This document shows positions 45,117-54,059 of a stretch of DNA of 64,000 nt, piece by piece. The notes under the pieces are model-generated. The model was not told the DNA's origin and searched no databases. It worked only from the letters and a program-made list of their open reading frames with translations. The position numbers and the translations under genes were made by a program. The stretch's first letter is position 1. Each line of letters begins with the position of its first letter. Origin of the DNA: Thermoanaerobaculia bacterium (lineage in GTDB: Bacteria > Acidobacteriota > Thermoanaerobaculia > Multivoradales > JAHZIX01); the NCBI GenBank assembly GCA_027069135.1, contig JALXFE010000073.1, positions 16,629 through 80,628 of the forward strand, read 5' to 3'.

Positions 45117-46490
45117 ATGAGTGACAAGCAGAGAAGTGTTCGGGCTACGGTCCTCGTGGTCGACGACGAAGCCGCGATTCGAGAGAGTCTACGAATGATT
45201 CTCGAGTACGAAGGGTATCGGGTGGAGGAAGCCTCCGGGGGCGGAGACGCTCTGTCTCGGGTGGCGCGGGGCCGCCCGGACGCCGTGCTCCTCGATATCA
45301 AGATGCCCGAGATGGACGGTCTGCAGGTCTTGGAGGCCTTCAGAGCCCGAGGCTACGACATGCCGGTGTTGATGATCACCGGCCATGGTGACGTGGACAC
45401 CGCCGTCGAAGCGACCCGGGCCGGAGCCTTCGATTTCTTCGAAAAGCCCCTACAGCGGGATCGGGTTCTTCTCTCACTACGCAATGCCGTCGAGAGCTTT
45501 CAGCTGCAGCGGGAAAATCGGACGCTGCGCCATGAACCGGACGAGCTCATCGGCTCCGGACCCGCTATGGATCGCCTCCGGCAAATCATAGAGCGCGCTG
45601 CCCCGACCCCGGCGACGGTGCTCATCACCGGCGAGAGCGGTACCGGCAAGGAATTGGTGGCCCGGGCCATCCACCGTCAAAGCCAGCGGCGGGATATGGC
45701 ATTCGTGCAGGTCAATTGTGCTGCCATCCCCGACGAGTTGATCGAGTCGGAGCTCTTCGGCCATGAGAAGGGTAGCTTTACCGGTGCGGTTCGCAAGCAG
45801 GCGGGGAAATTCGTGGCTGCCGACGGCGGCACGATCTTTCTCGACGAGATCGGAGACATGTCTCAGCGAACGCAGGCGAAGGTTCTGCGGGTTCTCCAGA
45901 ACGGGGAGGTGGAACCGGTCGGTGCAGCGGGAAGTGTTCAGGTCGACGTCCGGGTGGTGGCGGCGACCCATCGGGATCTGGAGGAGGAGATCTCCGAAGG
46001 GCGCTTTCGAGAGGATCTCTTCTACCGCCTGAACGTCGTGCCGATTCGCAGCCCTCCTCTGCGGGACCGATTGAACGACATTCCTCTCCTGGTCGATTAT
46101 TTTGTTCGCCGCTATGACGAAGCCAACAACTACCGGCCCAAGGAATTTTCCGACGAGGCCCTGGAAACCCTCAAATCCTTCCCCTGGCGGGGCAATGTTC
46201 GGGAGTTGAAGAATCTCGTTGAGCGTTTGCTCATCCTCGTTCCGGAGGACGTCCTGACCCGCGAGCACATCATCAAGGCCGCGGGAGGAGCGCGCCCGGA
46301 GCTCTCCGGAGCCTTGATGGCGATCCGGACCCTGCGGGAGTTCCGCGAAACGGCGGAGCGCCTCTTTCTGATCCGAAAGCTCGAAGAGAACTCCTGGAAC
46401 GTCACCCAGACCGCCCAGGCGGTCGATACCCCGCGCAGCAATCTCTACAAGAAGATGGAGCAGTACTCGATCAAGCGCGGCGAAAGCTAG
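45117..46490 (+). CDS. Sigma-54-dependent response regulator (REC-AAA+-Fis HTH; NtrC/NtrX-like)
   Basis: VVDDE, LLDIKMP, FEKP; GESGTGKE, ESELFGHEKGSFTGA, FLDEIGD, FREDLFYRLNV, WRGNVRELKN; HTH SNLYKKM. Confidence 0.96.
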   Translation: MSDKQRSVRATVLVVDDEAAIRESLRMILEYEGYRVEEASGGGDALSRVARGRPDAVLLDIKMPEMDGLQVLEAFRARGYDMPVLMITGHGDVDTAVEATRAGAFDFFEKPLQRDRVLLSLRNAVESFQLQRENRTLRHEPDELIGSGPAMDRLRQIIERAAPTPATVLITGESGTGKELVARAIHRQSQRRDMAFVQVNCAAIPDELIESELFGHEKGSFTGAVRKQAGKFVAADGGTIFLDEIGDMSQRTQAKVLRVLQNGEVEPVGAAGSVQVDVRVVAATHRDLEEEISEGRFREDLFYRLNVVPIRSPPLRDRLNDIPLLVDYFVRRYDEANNYRPKEFSDEALETLKSFPWRGNVRELKNLVERLLILVPEDVLTREHIIKAAGGARPELSGALMAIRTLREFRETAERLFLIRKLEENSWNVTQTAQAVDTPRSNLYKKMEQYSIKRGES

Positions 46491-46566
46491 CTCGAAGGGA
46501 ATGCGAACCCTCGAGCACCTTTCTCGAAGACCATGACGTCGCCGCCCTGCTGCGTCAGGATCGCTG

Positions 46567-46767
46567 CTAGGGGGCCGCGTTTTCCAGGAAGATCTCCTCG
46601 ATGGGCCTCTCAAACAGCCGGGCGATGCGGAAAGCCAGGGGAAGGCTGGGGTCGTATTTTCCGGTTTCCAAGGCGTTGACGGTCTGGCGGGAGACGTCGA
46701 GCTCCTGAGCCAGCCGTGCCTGAGTCCAATCGCGTTCTGCGCGAAGCGTTTTTAGACGATTCTTCAT
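46567..46767 (-). CDS. XRE-family HTH transcriptional regulator
   Basis: MKNRLKTLRAERDWTQARLAQELDVSRQTVNALETGKYDPSLPLAFRIARLF; ATG 46767 overlaps the upstream TGA. Confidence 0.92.
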   Translation of the reverse strand: MKNRLKTLRAERDWTQARLAQELDVSRQTVNALETGKYDPSLPLAFRIARLFERPIEEIFLENAAP

Positions 46768-47198
46768 GAATAGCGCCGCTGGCCGATGAACACACCGATG
46801 CCGTGGGAGAAGAGCATCGCCACGATGATCCACAGGCCGTCGAAGGATTCGAGGGCTCCGGTGAGGACGAGGAGCCAGGCGGTCAGGCCTCCGAGGACAC
46901 CGATTCCCACCGCGGCGGCTAAGGCCTCGAGCTGGATCTTGCGGTGCAACTCGTCGGCTTCAAGCAGGAATCGCCGATAGGCGGCCAGGGCGAAGAGGCC
47001 GAGGACGGCGGAAAGAATGGTGAGAGTAGTTGCCAGGAGCCCCTGGGGCAGCCAGTCGAAGCGCAATGCCATGATGATCGCGAGCCAGGACCCCATCCAG
47101 CTGAGAAGCCAGGCCCTCATCCGGCGCTTGTTTCGTCTGTCCGTCGCCGTGCCGCTGCACGCGATGTCCCAAAAACCCTGTCTGGTCTCGTCCGTCAT
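46764..47198 (-). CDS. Small four-TM membrane protein cotranscribed with the XRE regulator
   Basis: Hydrophobic helices plus DELHRKIQLEALAAA, a pattern typical of membrane partners of these HTH genes. Start taken at ATG 47198. Confidence 0.7.
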   Translation of the reverse strand: MTDETRQGFWDIACSGTATDRRNKRRMRAWLLSWMGSWLAIIMALRFDWLPQGLLATTLTILSAVLGLFALAAYRRFLLEADELHRKIQLEALAAAVGIGVLGGLTAWLLVLTGALESFDGLWIIVAMLFSHGIGVFIGQRRYS

Positions 47199-47256
47199 GT
47201 TTTGTCTCCTTTGGCTAGATAGAGCTTTGACTGAGTAAAGCGTCCTTGTCAAGGAG

Positions 47257-47285
47257 AGCATAGGTCCGTCCCGTAGATATGTCAA
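47257..47285 (-). promoter_or_regulatory. Sigma-70 promoter of the membrane protein-XRE operon
   Basis: TTGACA (47285-47280), 17-bp spacer, TATGCT (47262-47257). Confidence 0.7.
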
Positions 47286-47413
47286 GGTTCTTTGTCTTTT
47301 CCTGGGAGAATCCCCGAATCCTGGGGCGGGACGCAACTCGCTGTGAGCACAGGATCATTCCAGTGGGAGATTGCATCCCGCGTCTTGGCCGGCCTTTGGT
47401 ATCATTCGCGGCA

Positions 47414-48364
47414 ATGGCAAAACCACTTGAATACAACGCGACATTGGTGGCGAGGGTCGACCTCACACCTTCCCTTTCGATCTTCAAGGTCCAGGGAGAT
47501 CCCGACATCCGTCCTCACCATGAGAGCTTCGTGGCGGGCCAGTACGTCGTCCTGGGACTCAACAACGAGGAGACGCCGGATCTGGGATCCGTTCGACGAC
47601 CCATGTCCATCGTCTCGGCGCCGGAGGAAGACGGTCCTCTGGAGTTCTATATCCGTTACGTCAATCATCCGGAGTCGAAAAACCCCCTGACCCACCTGCT
47701 GTGGAAGATCGGTGAGGGGGCACGGATGTACTGCAGCCCACGCATCGTGGGAAAGTTCACGTTGGAGGACACCGTCGGGGCCGACGATGCTCGGATCAAG
47801 ATCTGCGTCGCTGCCGGAACCGGGCTGGCTCCTTTCCTGAGCTATGTGCGCAGCGCCTGCCGGCGGGATCCGGACCGTCGCCTCGACGATTTCGTCATCC
47901 TCCACGGGGCGTCCTATCCGGCAGATCTGGGCTACCGAGAGGAAATGGAGAAGCTGGCGGCCCAGAAGGGGTTGCAGTATTTTCCGACCATCAGTCGTCC
48001 CAAAGAAGCTCCGAATTGGCGAGGGGATACGGGGCGGGTGGAGGATTTTTTCCTCCCGGAGAGATTGCTGGATCTGGAGCGGCGTATCGGCAAGCCGGAA
48101 GGGGGTTTGCGACCGAGCTCAGCGACGGTCTTTATTTGCGGGCTCCAGGGGACCATCGCCAAGACCTTCCTAGGGTTGCTGCCCCGGGGCTTCGTGCCCG
48201 AGAGTCGCCGACTCAGGCGGGCCCTCGAGGCCGAATCGATCGAGCCGAGTCTCTTCTTCGAGCAATACGATTCGAGCCCGGTGGTCGATCTCAGAAACGA
48301 AGAGCTGATGGCAGACCTACGCCGGCAGCTGCGAGAGGCGTTGGCCGACGAACCGGTACTTTGA
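47414..48364 (+). CDS. Ferredoxin-NADP+ reductase-like FAD/NADPH oxidoreductase
   Basis: FVAGQYVVLG, RRPMSIVS, LEFYIR, AAGTGLAPF, LHGASY, PTISRP, FICGLQG, FEQY. Start taken at ATG 47414. Confidence 0.85.
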   Translation: MAKPLEYNATLVARVDLTPSLSIFKVQGDPDIRPHHESFVAGQYVVLGLNNEETPDLGSVRRPMSIVSAPEEDGPLEFYIRYVNHPESKNPLTHLLWKIGEGARMYCSPRIVGKFTLEDTVGADDARIKICVAAGTGLAPFLSYVRSACRRDPDRRLDDFVILHGASYPADLGYREEMEKLAAQKGLQYFPTISRPKEAPNWRGDTGRVEDFFLPERLLDLERRIGKPEGGLRPSSATVFICGLQGTIAKTFLGLLPRGFVPESRRLRRALEAESIEPSLFFEQYDSSPVVDLRNEELMADLRRQLREALADEPVL

Positions 48365-48379
48365 AGGAGAACCGAGCGC

Positions 48380-49858
48380 ATGAAGATTCAAGTTTCAAGA
48401 ATTAGGTGGACGGCCCTGGCAGGCCTCGCCACCCTCGGGGTCATGACCCTTGGCGGATGCTCCGTCAATCCCGCCACCGGAAAGCCGCAGGTGATGCTCA
48501 TTTCCGAAGCTCAGGAGATCGCCATAGGCCGGGAAGCGGACCCTGAGATCCGAGCTTCCATGGGCGAGTACGACGACCCGGAGCTGCAAGAGTATGTTGC
48601 AAGCCTAGGGCAGGAGCTAGCAGCGAAATCCGAGCGGGCACACCTGGAATGGCATTTTGCCGTGCTGGACGATCCCCTGGTCAACGCCTTCGCCCTGCCC
48701 GGCGGCTATGTCTACATCACCCGCGGCATTCTGGCGCATTTCAACTCAGAGGCGGAGCTGGCGGCGGTCTTGGGCCATGAGATCGGCCACGTGGTGGCAC
48801 GGCATGGCGCCAACCAGATGAGCAAGCAGCAGCTTGCGGGGATCGGTCTCGCCGTGGGCTCCATCGCTCTCGATCCGGGGAATCGGACCGGCCTCGCGGA
48901 TCTGGCCGGACAGGGCATGCAACTCGCCTTCCTGAAGTTCGGAAGGGACGACGAACGCCAGGCGGACAATCTGGGGCTGCGCTACATCGACCGGGTGGGC
49001 TACGACCCTCGCCCCATGGCCAATGTCTTCCAAACCCTCGGGCGGGTCAGCTCCGCCGCCGGGGCACCGGCGGGACCCAATTGGTTCTCCACCCATCCCG
49101 CTCCCGAGAACCGCATAGAGTTGCTCAACTCCGCCATGCAGCGCATGGATGGAGATTTCAACGGCCGACCGGTGCGTCGCAACGAATACCTGACGCGCCT
49201 GGGAGGGTTGACCTTCGGCGAGAATCCCCGGGAAGGCTTCTTCGAGGAAAACGTCTTCTACCATCCGGACCTGGGCTTCCAACTAACCTTTCCCGCCGGC
49301 TGGAAGACCCAGAATTCTCGTTCTGCGGTGGCCGCCACGAGCCCGGAGAAAGACGCCGTCATGATGATGACGCTGGAAGATGCGGAGTCTCTCGAAGCGG
49401 CGGAAGAGAAGTTCTTTACCGACACCAAGGCCAAGAGAGGCCGTCGCTTCGAGACCGGGATCCGTGGATTGCAATCCCTAGGAACCTATTTCGAGGTGGA
49501 TCTAAAAGACCAACAACCCTCTCGCAGGATCCTCGGCCAGGTCTCGTTCATCGACCATGACCAGCGCATCTATCGCCTGCTCGCCTATGGCAAAGACGAG
49601 GACTACCGTAACCATGACCGAACGTTAGAAAACGCGGTGGGCAGCTTTCGCCGGCTCACGGACAAGAAGATCCTCAGCGTCCAACCCGCCAAGATGAAAT
49701 TGGTGCGCTTGGATCGGGCCATGACCTTGGAGGAATTCGACGAGCGATATCCCTCCACCGTCGACCTCAAACAGCTGGCGATCCTCAACAGCGCCGAAGC
49801 GGACACCCGCTTCGAGCGCGGCGATTACGTGAAGCGGGTCGTCGGCGGCAGACCCTAG
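48380..49858 (+). CDS. M48-family zinc metalloprotease lipoprotein (BepA/YfgC-like) with LysM-like C-terminus
   Basis: Lipobox-like LGGCSVNPATG; VNAFALPGG; GHEIGH; ERQAD; FSTHP. Confidence 0.92.
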   Translation: MKIQVSRIRWTALAGLATLGVMTLGGCSVNPATGKPQVMLISEAQEIAIGREADPEIRASMGEYDDPELQEYVASLGQELAAKSERAHLEWHFAVLDDPLVNAFALPGGYVYITRGILAHFNSEAELAAVLGHEIGHVVARHGANQMSKQQLAGIGLAVGSIALDPGNRTGLADLAGQGMQLAFLKFGRDDERQADNLGLRYIDRVGYDPRPMANVFQTLGRVSSAAGAPAGPNWFSTHPAPENRIELLNSAMQRMDGDFNGRPVRRNEYLTRLGGLTFGENPREGFFEENVFYHPDLGFQLTFPAGWKTQNSRSAVAATSPEKDAVMMMTLEDAESLEAAEEKFFTDTKAKRGRRFETGIRGLQSLGTYFEVDLKDQQPSRRILGQVSFIDHDQRIYRLLAYGKDEDYRNHDRTLENAVGSFRRLTDKKILSVQPAKMKLVRLDRAMTLEEFDERYPSTVDLKQLAILNSAEADTRFERGDYVKRVVGGRP

Positions 49859-49872
49859 GCGTCGTAGATCCC

Positions 49873-50385
49873 GTGGAGATCGGTTCCGTCGAGGCCTTCC
49901 TTGCCTATTACCGTCGCATTCGGCAGCGGACGATGCGGGTCGTCCGCTGCATTCCACCGGAGCGCATCGAGTGGACCTACCGGTCGGGGAAATGGACCCT
50001 TGGGGATTTGGTCCGCCACCTCGGAGCCCTCGAGCGGCAGATGTTCGCCGAGAACGTTCAAGGGAAGCCCAGTCGATACAGTGGCTGTGGACCAGAGCTG
50101 GCACAAGGCTATGAAGCGGTCGTAGCCTTCCTCGAGCGCACCCACGCCGAGACGTTGGAAATCCTCTCGTCCCTCTCGGAGGAGGACCTACAGGTCAAGT
50201 GCACCACTCCCGGCGGCGCCGAGATTACCGTCTGGAAATGGCTGCGGGCGATGGTGGAGCATGAGATCCACCATCGCGGCCAAATCTACCTGTACCTTGG
50301 AATGTTGGACATTCCCACCCCGTCCCTCTACGGCCTGACTGCGGAAGAAGTGGAGGAGCGCTCGACGGGCGCTGCTCAGGGCTGA
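49873..50385 (+). CDS. DinB-family protein
   Basis: WTLGDLVRHLG and MVEHEIHHRGQ. Confidence 0.88.
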   Translation: MEIGSVEAFLAYYRRIRQRTMRVVRCIPPERIEWTYRSGKWTLGDLVRHLGALERQMFAENVQGKPSRYSGCGPELAQGYEAVVAFLERTHAETLEILSSLSEEDLQVKCTTPGGAEITVWKWLRAMVEHEIHHRGQIYLYLGMLDIPTPSLYGLTAEEVEERSTGAAQG

Positions 50386-50475
50386 GAGCTCGACCAGGCG
50401 GCGGTATTTCCGGATGGACCGCTGCTCGGTGGGCGCCGCGGGGCTGAGATACTCCCAGCGAAATCTCGTCAGCTG

Positions 50476-51567
50476 CTACCGCACCCGCTCCCGGCGGTTG
50501 CGGATGTAGTCGGAAAGAATGAACTCCCCCAGGTTGTAGGGGGAAGCAAAGTAAGCCCGGCCGCGGTTGATCCGCGTCATCTTCTCCACAAATTCCGTCA
50601 GGAGGGGATCCGTGGCGATCATGAAGGTCGTGATGACCACCTTCCGGCGCCGGCAGGTGTCGGCCTCCTCGAGGGTGCGGTTGACGATACGCATATCGAG
50701 GCCGAAGGGGTTCTTGTAGATCTGCCCCCCCTGGGTTATGGCGGAAGGCTTGCCGTCGGTGATGAGGAAGATCTGTTTATTCGGCTGACGCTGGCGGGCG
50801 AGCAGAGCTCGGGACATCTCCAAAGCTTCGGCGGTGTTGGTGTGGAAGGGGCCGGCCTCGATGTAAGGGAGGTCCGTGAGCTTGATCTGCTCCGCCCGGT
50901 CGCCGAAGAGGATCACACCCAGATGATCTTTAGGATATTTGGAGGTGATCAGCTCCGTTAAGGCCAGGGCGACGGTTTTTGCCGGCGTGATGCGATCCTC
51001 GCCGTAGAGCACCATGGAATGGCTGATATCGATGGCGACGATGGTGGCGCAGGAGGTCTGGTGCTCGGTCTCGTGGACCTCCAGGTCGTCTTCCGTGAGA
51101 TGGAGACTCAACCCCGAGGAACGGCGCAAGGCATTTTGGAGCGAGCGGGCGGCGTCCAAACCGTGGACGTCGTCGCCGAAACGGTAGGGGCGGGTTTCCG
51201 GCAGCCCCTCCTGGCCCTCGCCGACGGCCCTCACCGGGTGATACCCGGGTCCGCCTCGGGAGAGGCCGGAAAAGACTTGCTCGAAGGCCGACTTGCGGAT
51301 CCGGCGTTCGCCGCCGCTGGTGAGGGAAAGGCCCCCTTCGCTATTGCGGGCGACCTGGCGGTTTTCCTCCAGCTGGGCAAAGAAGGCCTCGAGGTCGACG
51401 CTTTCGTCGATATAGCCCTCCTCTTGCAGCTGCCGCATCCACTCCATCGCTTGCTCCACATCCCCCCCGGCCGCCAAGGTCAGCTGGTTGAAGACTCGCT
51501 GCAGCTCCTCTCCGGCCAGGAGTGCCTTCAAGAGCTCCGGATCCAGATAGTGAAAGCGGTGGCGCAT
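50476..51567 (-). CDS. VWA-domain protein, partner type of the ChlI-like ATPase
   Basis: MIDAS elements IDISHSM, TNTAEAL, FLITDGKPSA; ETRPYRFGD. Start taken at ATG 51567. Confidence 0.88.
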   Translation of the reverse strand: MRHRFHYLDPELLKALLAGEELQRVFNQLTLAAGGDVEQAMEWMRQLQEEGYIDESVDLEAFFAQLEENRQVARNSEGGLSLTSGGERRIRKSAFEQVFSGLSRGGPGYHPVRAVGEGQEGLPETRPYRFGDDVHGLDAARSLQNALRRSSGLSLHLTEDDLEVHETEHQTSCATIVAIDISHSMVLYGEDRITPAKTVALALTELITSKYPKDHLGVILFGDRAEQIKLTDLPYIEAGPFHTNTAEALEMSRALLARQRQPNKQIFLITDGKPSAITQGGQIYKNPFGLDMRIVNRTLEEADTCRRRKVVITTFMIATDPLLTEFVEKMTRINRGRAYFASPYNLGEFILSDYIRNRRERVR

Positions 51568-51688
51568 GGGAGAAGAGTCTATCGGTAAATGGAGGGAAGG
51601 CAAGAGTCGAGGGGGAAGATGAAGGATGCCGGCGCCCGGGTAGGGCACCGGTGAAAAGGATCCTTCAGAATGAGGGAGAGGCGAGAAC

Positions 51689-52021
51689 TCAGAAATCCGG
51701 AAGGCAGAGGTTGATCCTGCCCCCATTCCAGCATTTGCAGTTTTCACAACAGCCCTGCCAGCACTGACAGTAAAGGCCCGGGTAGGGGCCGAAACACTCA
51801 TCGGTCCAGGAAGCGGTCGTCGTCTCCAGGGGATCTTCGGACACACACACCAGGACCGGCGCCTCGGCCGTGAGATCCTGGGAGGGTTCCGCGATCTTGG
51901 CTGTGTCTTTGGCTACCGGTGTCGTCGAGTCTGCGGGCTCGCTTGATTCCATCGCCGACGATGGCATCGCCAGGAAACCGAGGGCGAGGGTGAGCATGAG
52001 GGTGAGAAGAATTTTCTTCAT
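51689..52021 (-). CDS. Secreted Cys-rich peptide precursor 1 (110 aa: signal, acidic pro-region, 8-Cys core)
   Basis: SD GAAGGAGG then MKKILLTLMLTLALGFLAMPSSA; core CFGPYPGLYCQCWQGCCENCKCWNGGRINLC; paralogous to the upstream gene. Confidence 0.85.
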   Translation of the reverse strand: MKKILLTLMLTLALGFLAMPSSAMESSEPADSTTPVAKDTAKIAEPSQDLTAEAPVLVCVSEDPLETTTASWTDECFGPYPGLYCQCWQGCCENCKCWNGGRINLCLPDF

Positions 52022-52073
52022 GGGGCCTCCTTCAAGAAAGAAGTGATGAGAGACGAGGGGAATCCGTGGGGAC

Positions 52074-52469
52074 TTACAAGGTCGTGTCGACGCATTTAGC
52101 GATATTGCCGGAGTGCCAGCACCGACAGTTCTCGCAGCACCCACCGCAGGTGCAGTAGGCGGGGGGCAGGGGAGGACGAAAGCAGGGGTGGGTGGGCATG
52201 AGGAATTCCGGATCTTCGGTGCCGATGGCCGGCTCGGGAGCCGGTTCGGTGGAGATCGCCGTCTCAGGGGAGAGCACTGTCTCGAGAGACACCTTCAATT
52301 GGCAAGTTTCAGCTGGAGATAGGGTGTCCTGACGCTCTGGGTTTGCCTCTCGGTTTCCCTCAAGGCGGGTCGGCGTTTCCGCCAGCTCGCTGGCGAAGAC
52401 TCCCGATCCGGCGACCAGGAAAGCGGTCACCATCACACAACTCATCCGGACTAAAGAGGATCGGCTCAT
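52074..52469 (-). CDS. Secreted Cys-rich peptide precursor 2 (131 aa)
   Basis: SD AAGGAG then MSRSSLVRMSCVMVTAFLVAGSGVFA; core CFRPPLPPAYCTCGGCCENCRCWHSGNIAKC. Confidence 0.85.
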   Translation of the reverse strand: MSRSSLVRMSCVMVTAFLVAGSGVFASELAETPTRLEGNREANPERQDTLSPAETCQLKVSLETVLSPETAISTEPAPEPAIGTEDPEFLMPTHPCFRPPLPPAYCTCGGCCENCRCWHSGNIAKCVDTTL

Positions 52470-52504
52470 GCTGTACTCCTTCCAAGAAATCAATCGTTGG
52501 ACGG

Positions 52505-52534
52505 AGTGTACATGTAAAGTTTCGATAATGTCTA
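52505..52534 (-). promoter_or_regulatory. Putative promoter of the peptide pair
   Basis: TAGACA (52534-52529), 18-bp spacer, TACACT (52510-52505), in an AT-rich patch; palindrome CTCACCGCGGTGAG upstream at 52551-52564. Confidence 0.45.
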
Positions 52535-52571
52535 TAGCTCGGAGTCGTTTCTCACCGCGGTGAGCCTCTTC

Positions 52572-54059
52572 TTAGTTAACGTCCCGGTCTCCTCGCTTGC
52601 GGCGGGGTTTGAGCAGATGAAATTTGACCAGCTCCTTGTAGGAGATATGGCTGTCCATGTCTTCCCGGGCGAGCTTCAGGTGCTGGTGGAGGCCCTCGAG
52701 GATGACCTCCGCGCCGAGGGCCCGATCCTGGGGAGTCTCACCGAAGCTTTCCGCCAAATCCAGGAGGCCTGGAACCCGATCCAGCGCCCCCTGATACTCC
52801 TCGAAGGTCTGGTCGTCAGAGACCGTGATGGAACCGCCCGCGGCGAACCATTGGACCATCGAGGCATAAGGGCCGGTATCGTCCTCTCCGCCGCTCCCGA
52901 CCTCGCGGCCGACCTCCGGAAAACGCTCATCGAAAATCTTCTTCACGGCCTGGCCGATAATCTGTCGGGCGACGAGCTCGGGGCCCTGCTGCTCGCCCTC
53001 GTAGACCACCTCCACCTTGCCGGTGATGGCCGGGAGCAACATATGCAGATCGCTGAGCCGGGCGCTGACGTCCTCTTCGCCGTGGGCCAAAGCACGGCGT
53101 TCGAGGTTGGAGGCTAGAAGCTCCAGGCCGGCGATGGCCACCCGGGCACTGACTCCGGAAGTTTGATCGACCAGATCGCTTCCCCGGGCGGCGAAGGTGA
53201 TCTCTTCCACCAGGTGGCGAACCGCATCGCTGATCCGCACCCCGGGGATGTCGCGATCCGTCCAGGCCTCCTGCCGAGTAATCTGGGCGGCCACTTCTAT
53301 CCCGGCGGGGTAGTGGGTGAGGATCTGGGAGGAGATGCGGTCTTTGAGCGGCGTGATAATGCTGCCCCGATGGGTGTAATCCTCCGGGTTGGCAGAAAAG
53401 ACCATCAACATATCGAGGGGAATGCGAACGGGAAAGCCCCGAATTTGGAGGTCCCGTTCCTCCAGAAGATTCAGCAGACCGACCTGGATGCGAGGGGCTA
53501 GGTCCGGGAGCTCGTTGATGGCGAAGATGCCCCGGTTGGTGCGGGGAACGATGCCGAAGTGGATCACTTCCGGATCCGCGAAGGTGAGCTTGCGGGTCGC
53601 CGCCTTGATGGGGTCGATATCCCCCAGGAGGTCGGCGATGGAGACGTCCGGGGTGGCGAGTTTCTCCCCATACCGATCCTCCCGGGCCAACCAGCCGATG
53701 GGGGCTTCGTCCCCGGTCTCCGCCAGGTGCCGCTGGGCCCACACGGAGATGGGAGCCATGGGATCGTCGTTGAGCTCGGATCCTTCCAGCACCGGCACCT
53801 CCGGGTCCAGGAAACGCACGAGGCCCCGCAGCAGTCGCGTCTTGGCCTGGCCGCGCAGCCCTAAGAGGATGAAGTCATGGCCGGCGAGGACGGCGTTGAG
53901 GATTCCGGGGATCACCGTGCGGTCGTAGCCGAGAATTCCCGGGAAAAGCTCCTCACGGTCCTTGATGGCCCGGCGCAGATTGGCCCGTAGCTCCTCTTTG
54001 ACAGTGCGGGGTCGGTAGCCCGAGGCCCGGAGCTCGCCAAGGGACCTGGGCCTCGCCAT
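52572..54059 (-). CDS. Magnesium-chelatase ChlI-like AAA+ ATPase
   Basis: LLGLRGQAKTRL, GEKLATPD, FAINELPDLAPRIQVGLLN, FSANPEDYTHRGSIITPLKDR; ATG 54059 overlaps the trxB stop. Confidence 0.88.
   Translation of the reverse strand: MARPRSLGELRASGYRPRTVKEELRANLRRAIKDREELFPGILGYDRTVIPGILNAVLAGHDFILLGLRGQAKTRLLRGLVRFLDPEVPVLEGSELNDDPMAPISVWAQRHLAETGDEAPIGWLAREDRYGEKLATPDVSIADLLGDIDPIKAATRKLTFADPEVIHFGIVPRTNRGIFAINELPDLAPRIQVGLLNLLEERDLQIRGFPVRIPLDMLMVFSANPEDYTHRGSIITPLKDRISSQILTHYPAGIEVAAQITRQEAWTDRDIPGVRISDAVRHLVEEITFAARGSDLVDQTSGVSARVAIAGLELLASNLERRALAHGEEDVSARLSDLHMLLPAITGKVEVVYEGEQQGPELVARQIIGQAVKKIFDERFPEVGREVGSGGEDDTGPYASMVQWFAAGGSITVSDDQTFEEYQGALDRVPGLLDLAESFGETPQDRALGAEVILEGLHQHLKLAREDMDSHISYKELVKFHLLKPRRKRGDRDVN

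Noticed and set aside
51689-52469. Cys-rich peptides as lanthipeptide/ranthipeptide precursors or metallothioneins
   Set aside because: They carry Sec-type signal peptides and no modifying enzymes are adjacent; disulfide-bonded export is more parsimonious, though not proven.
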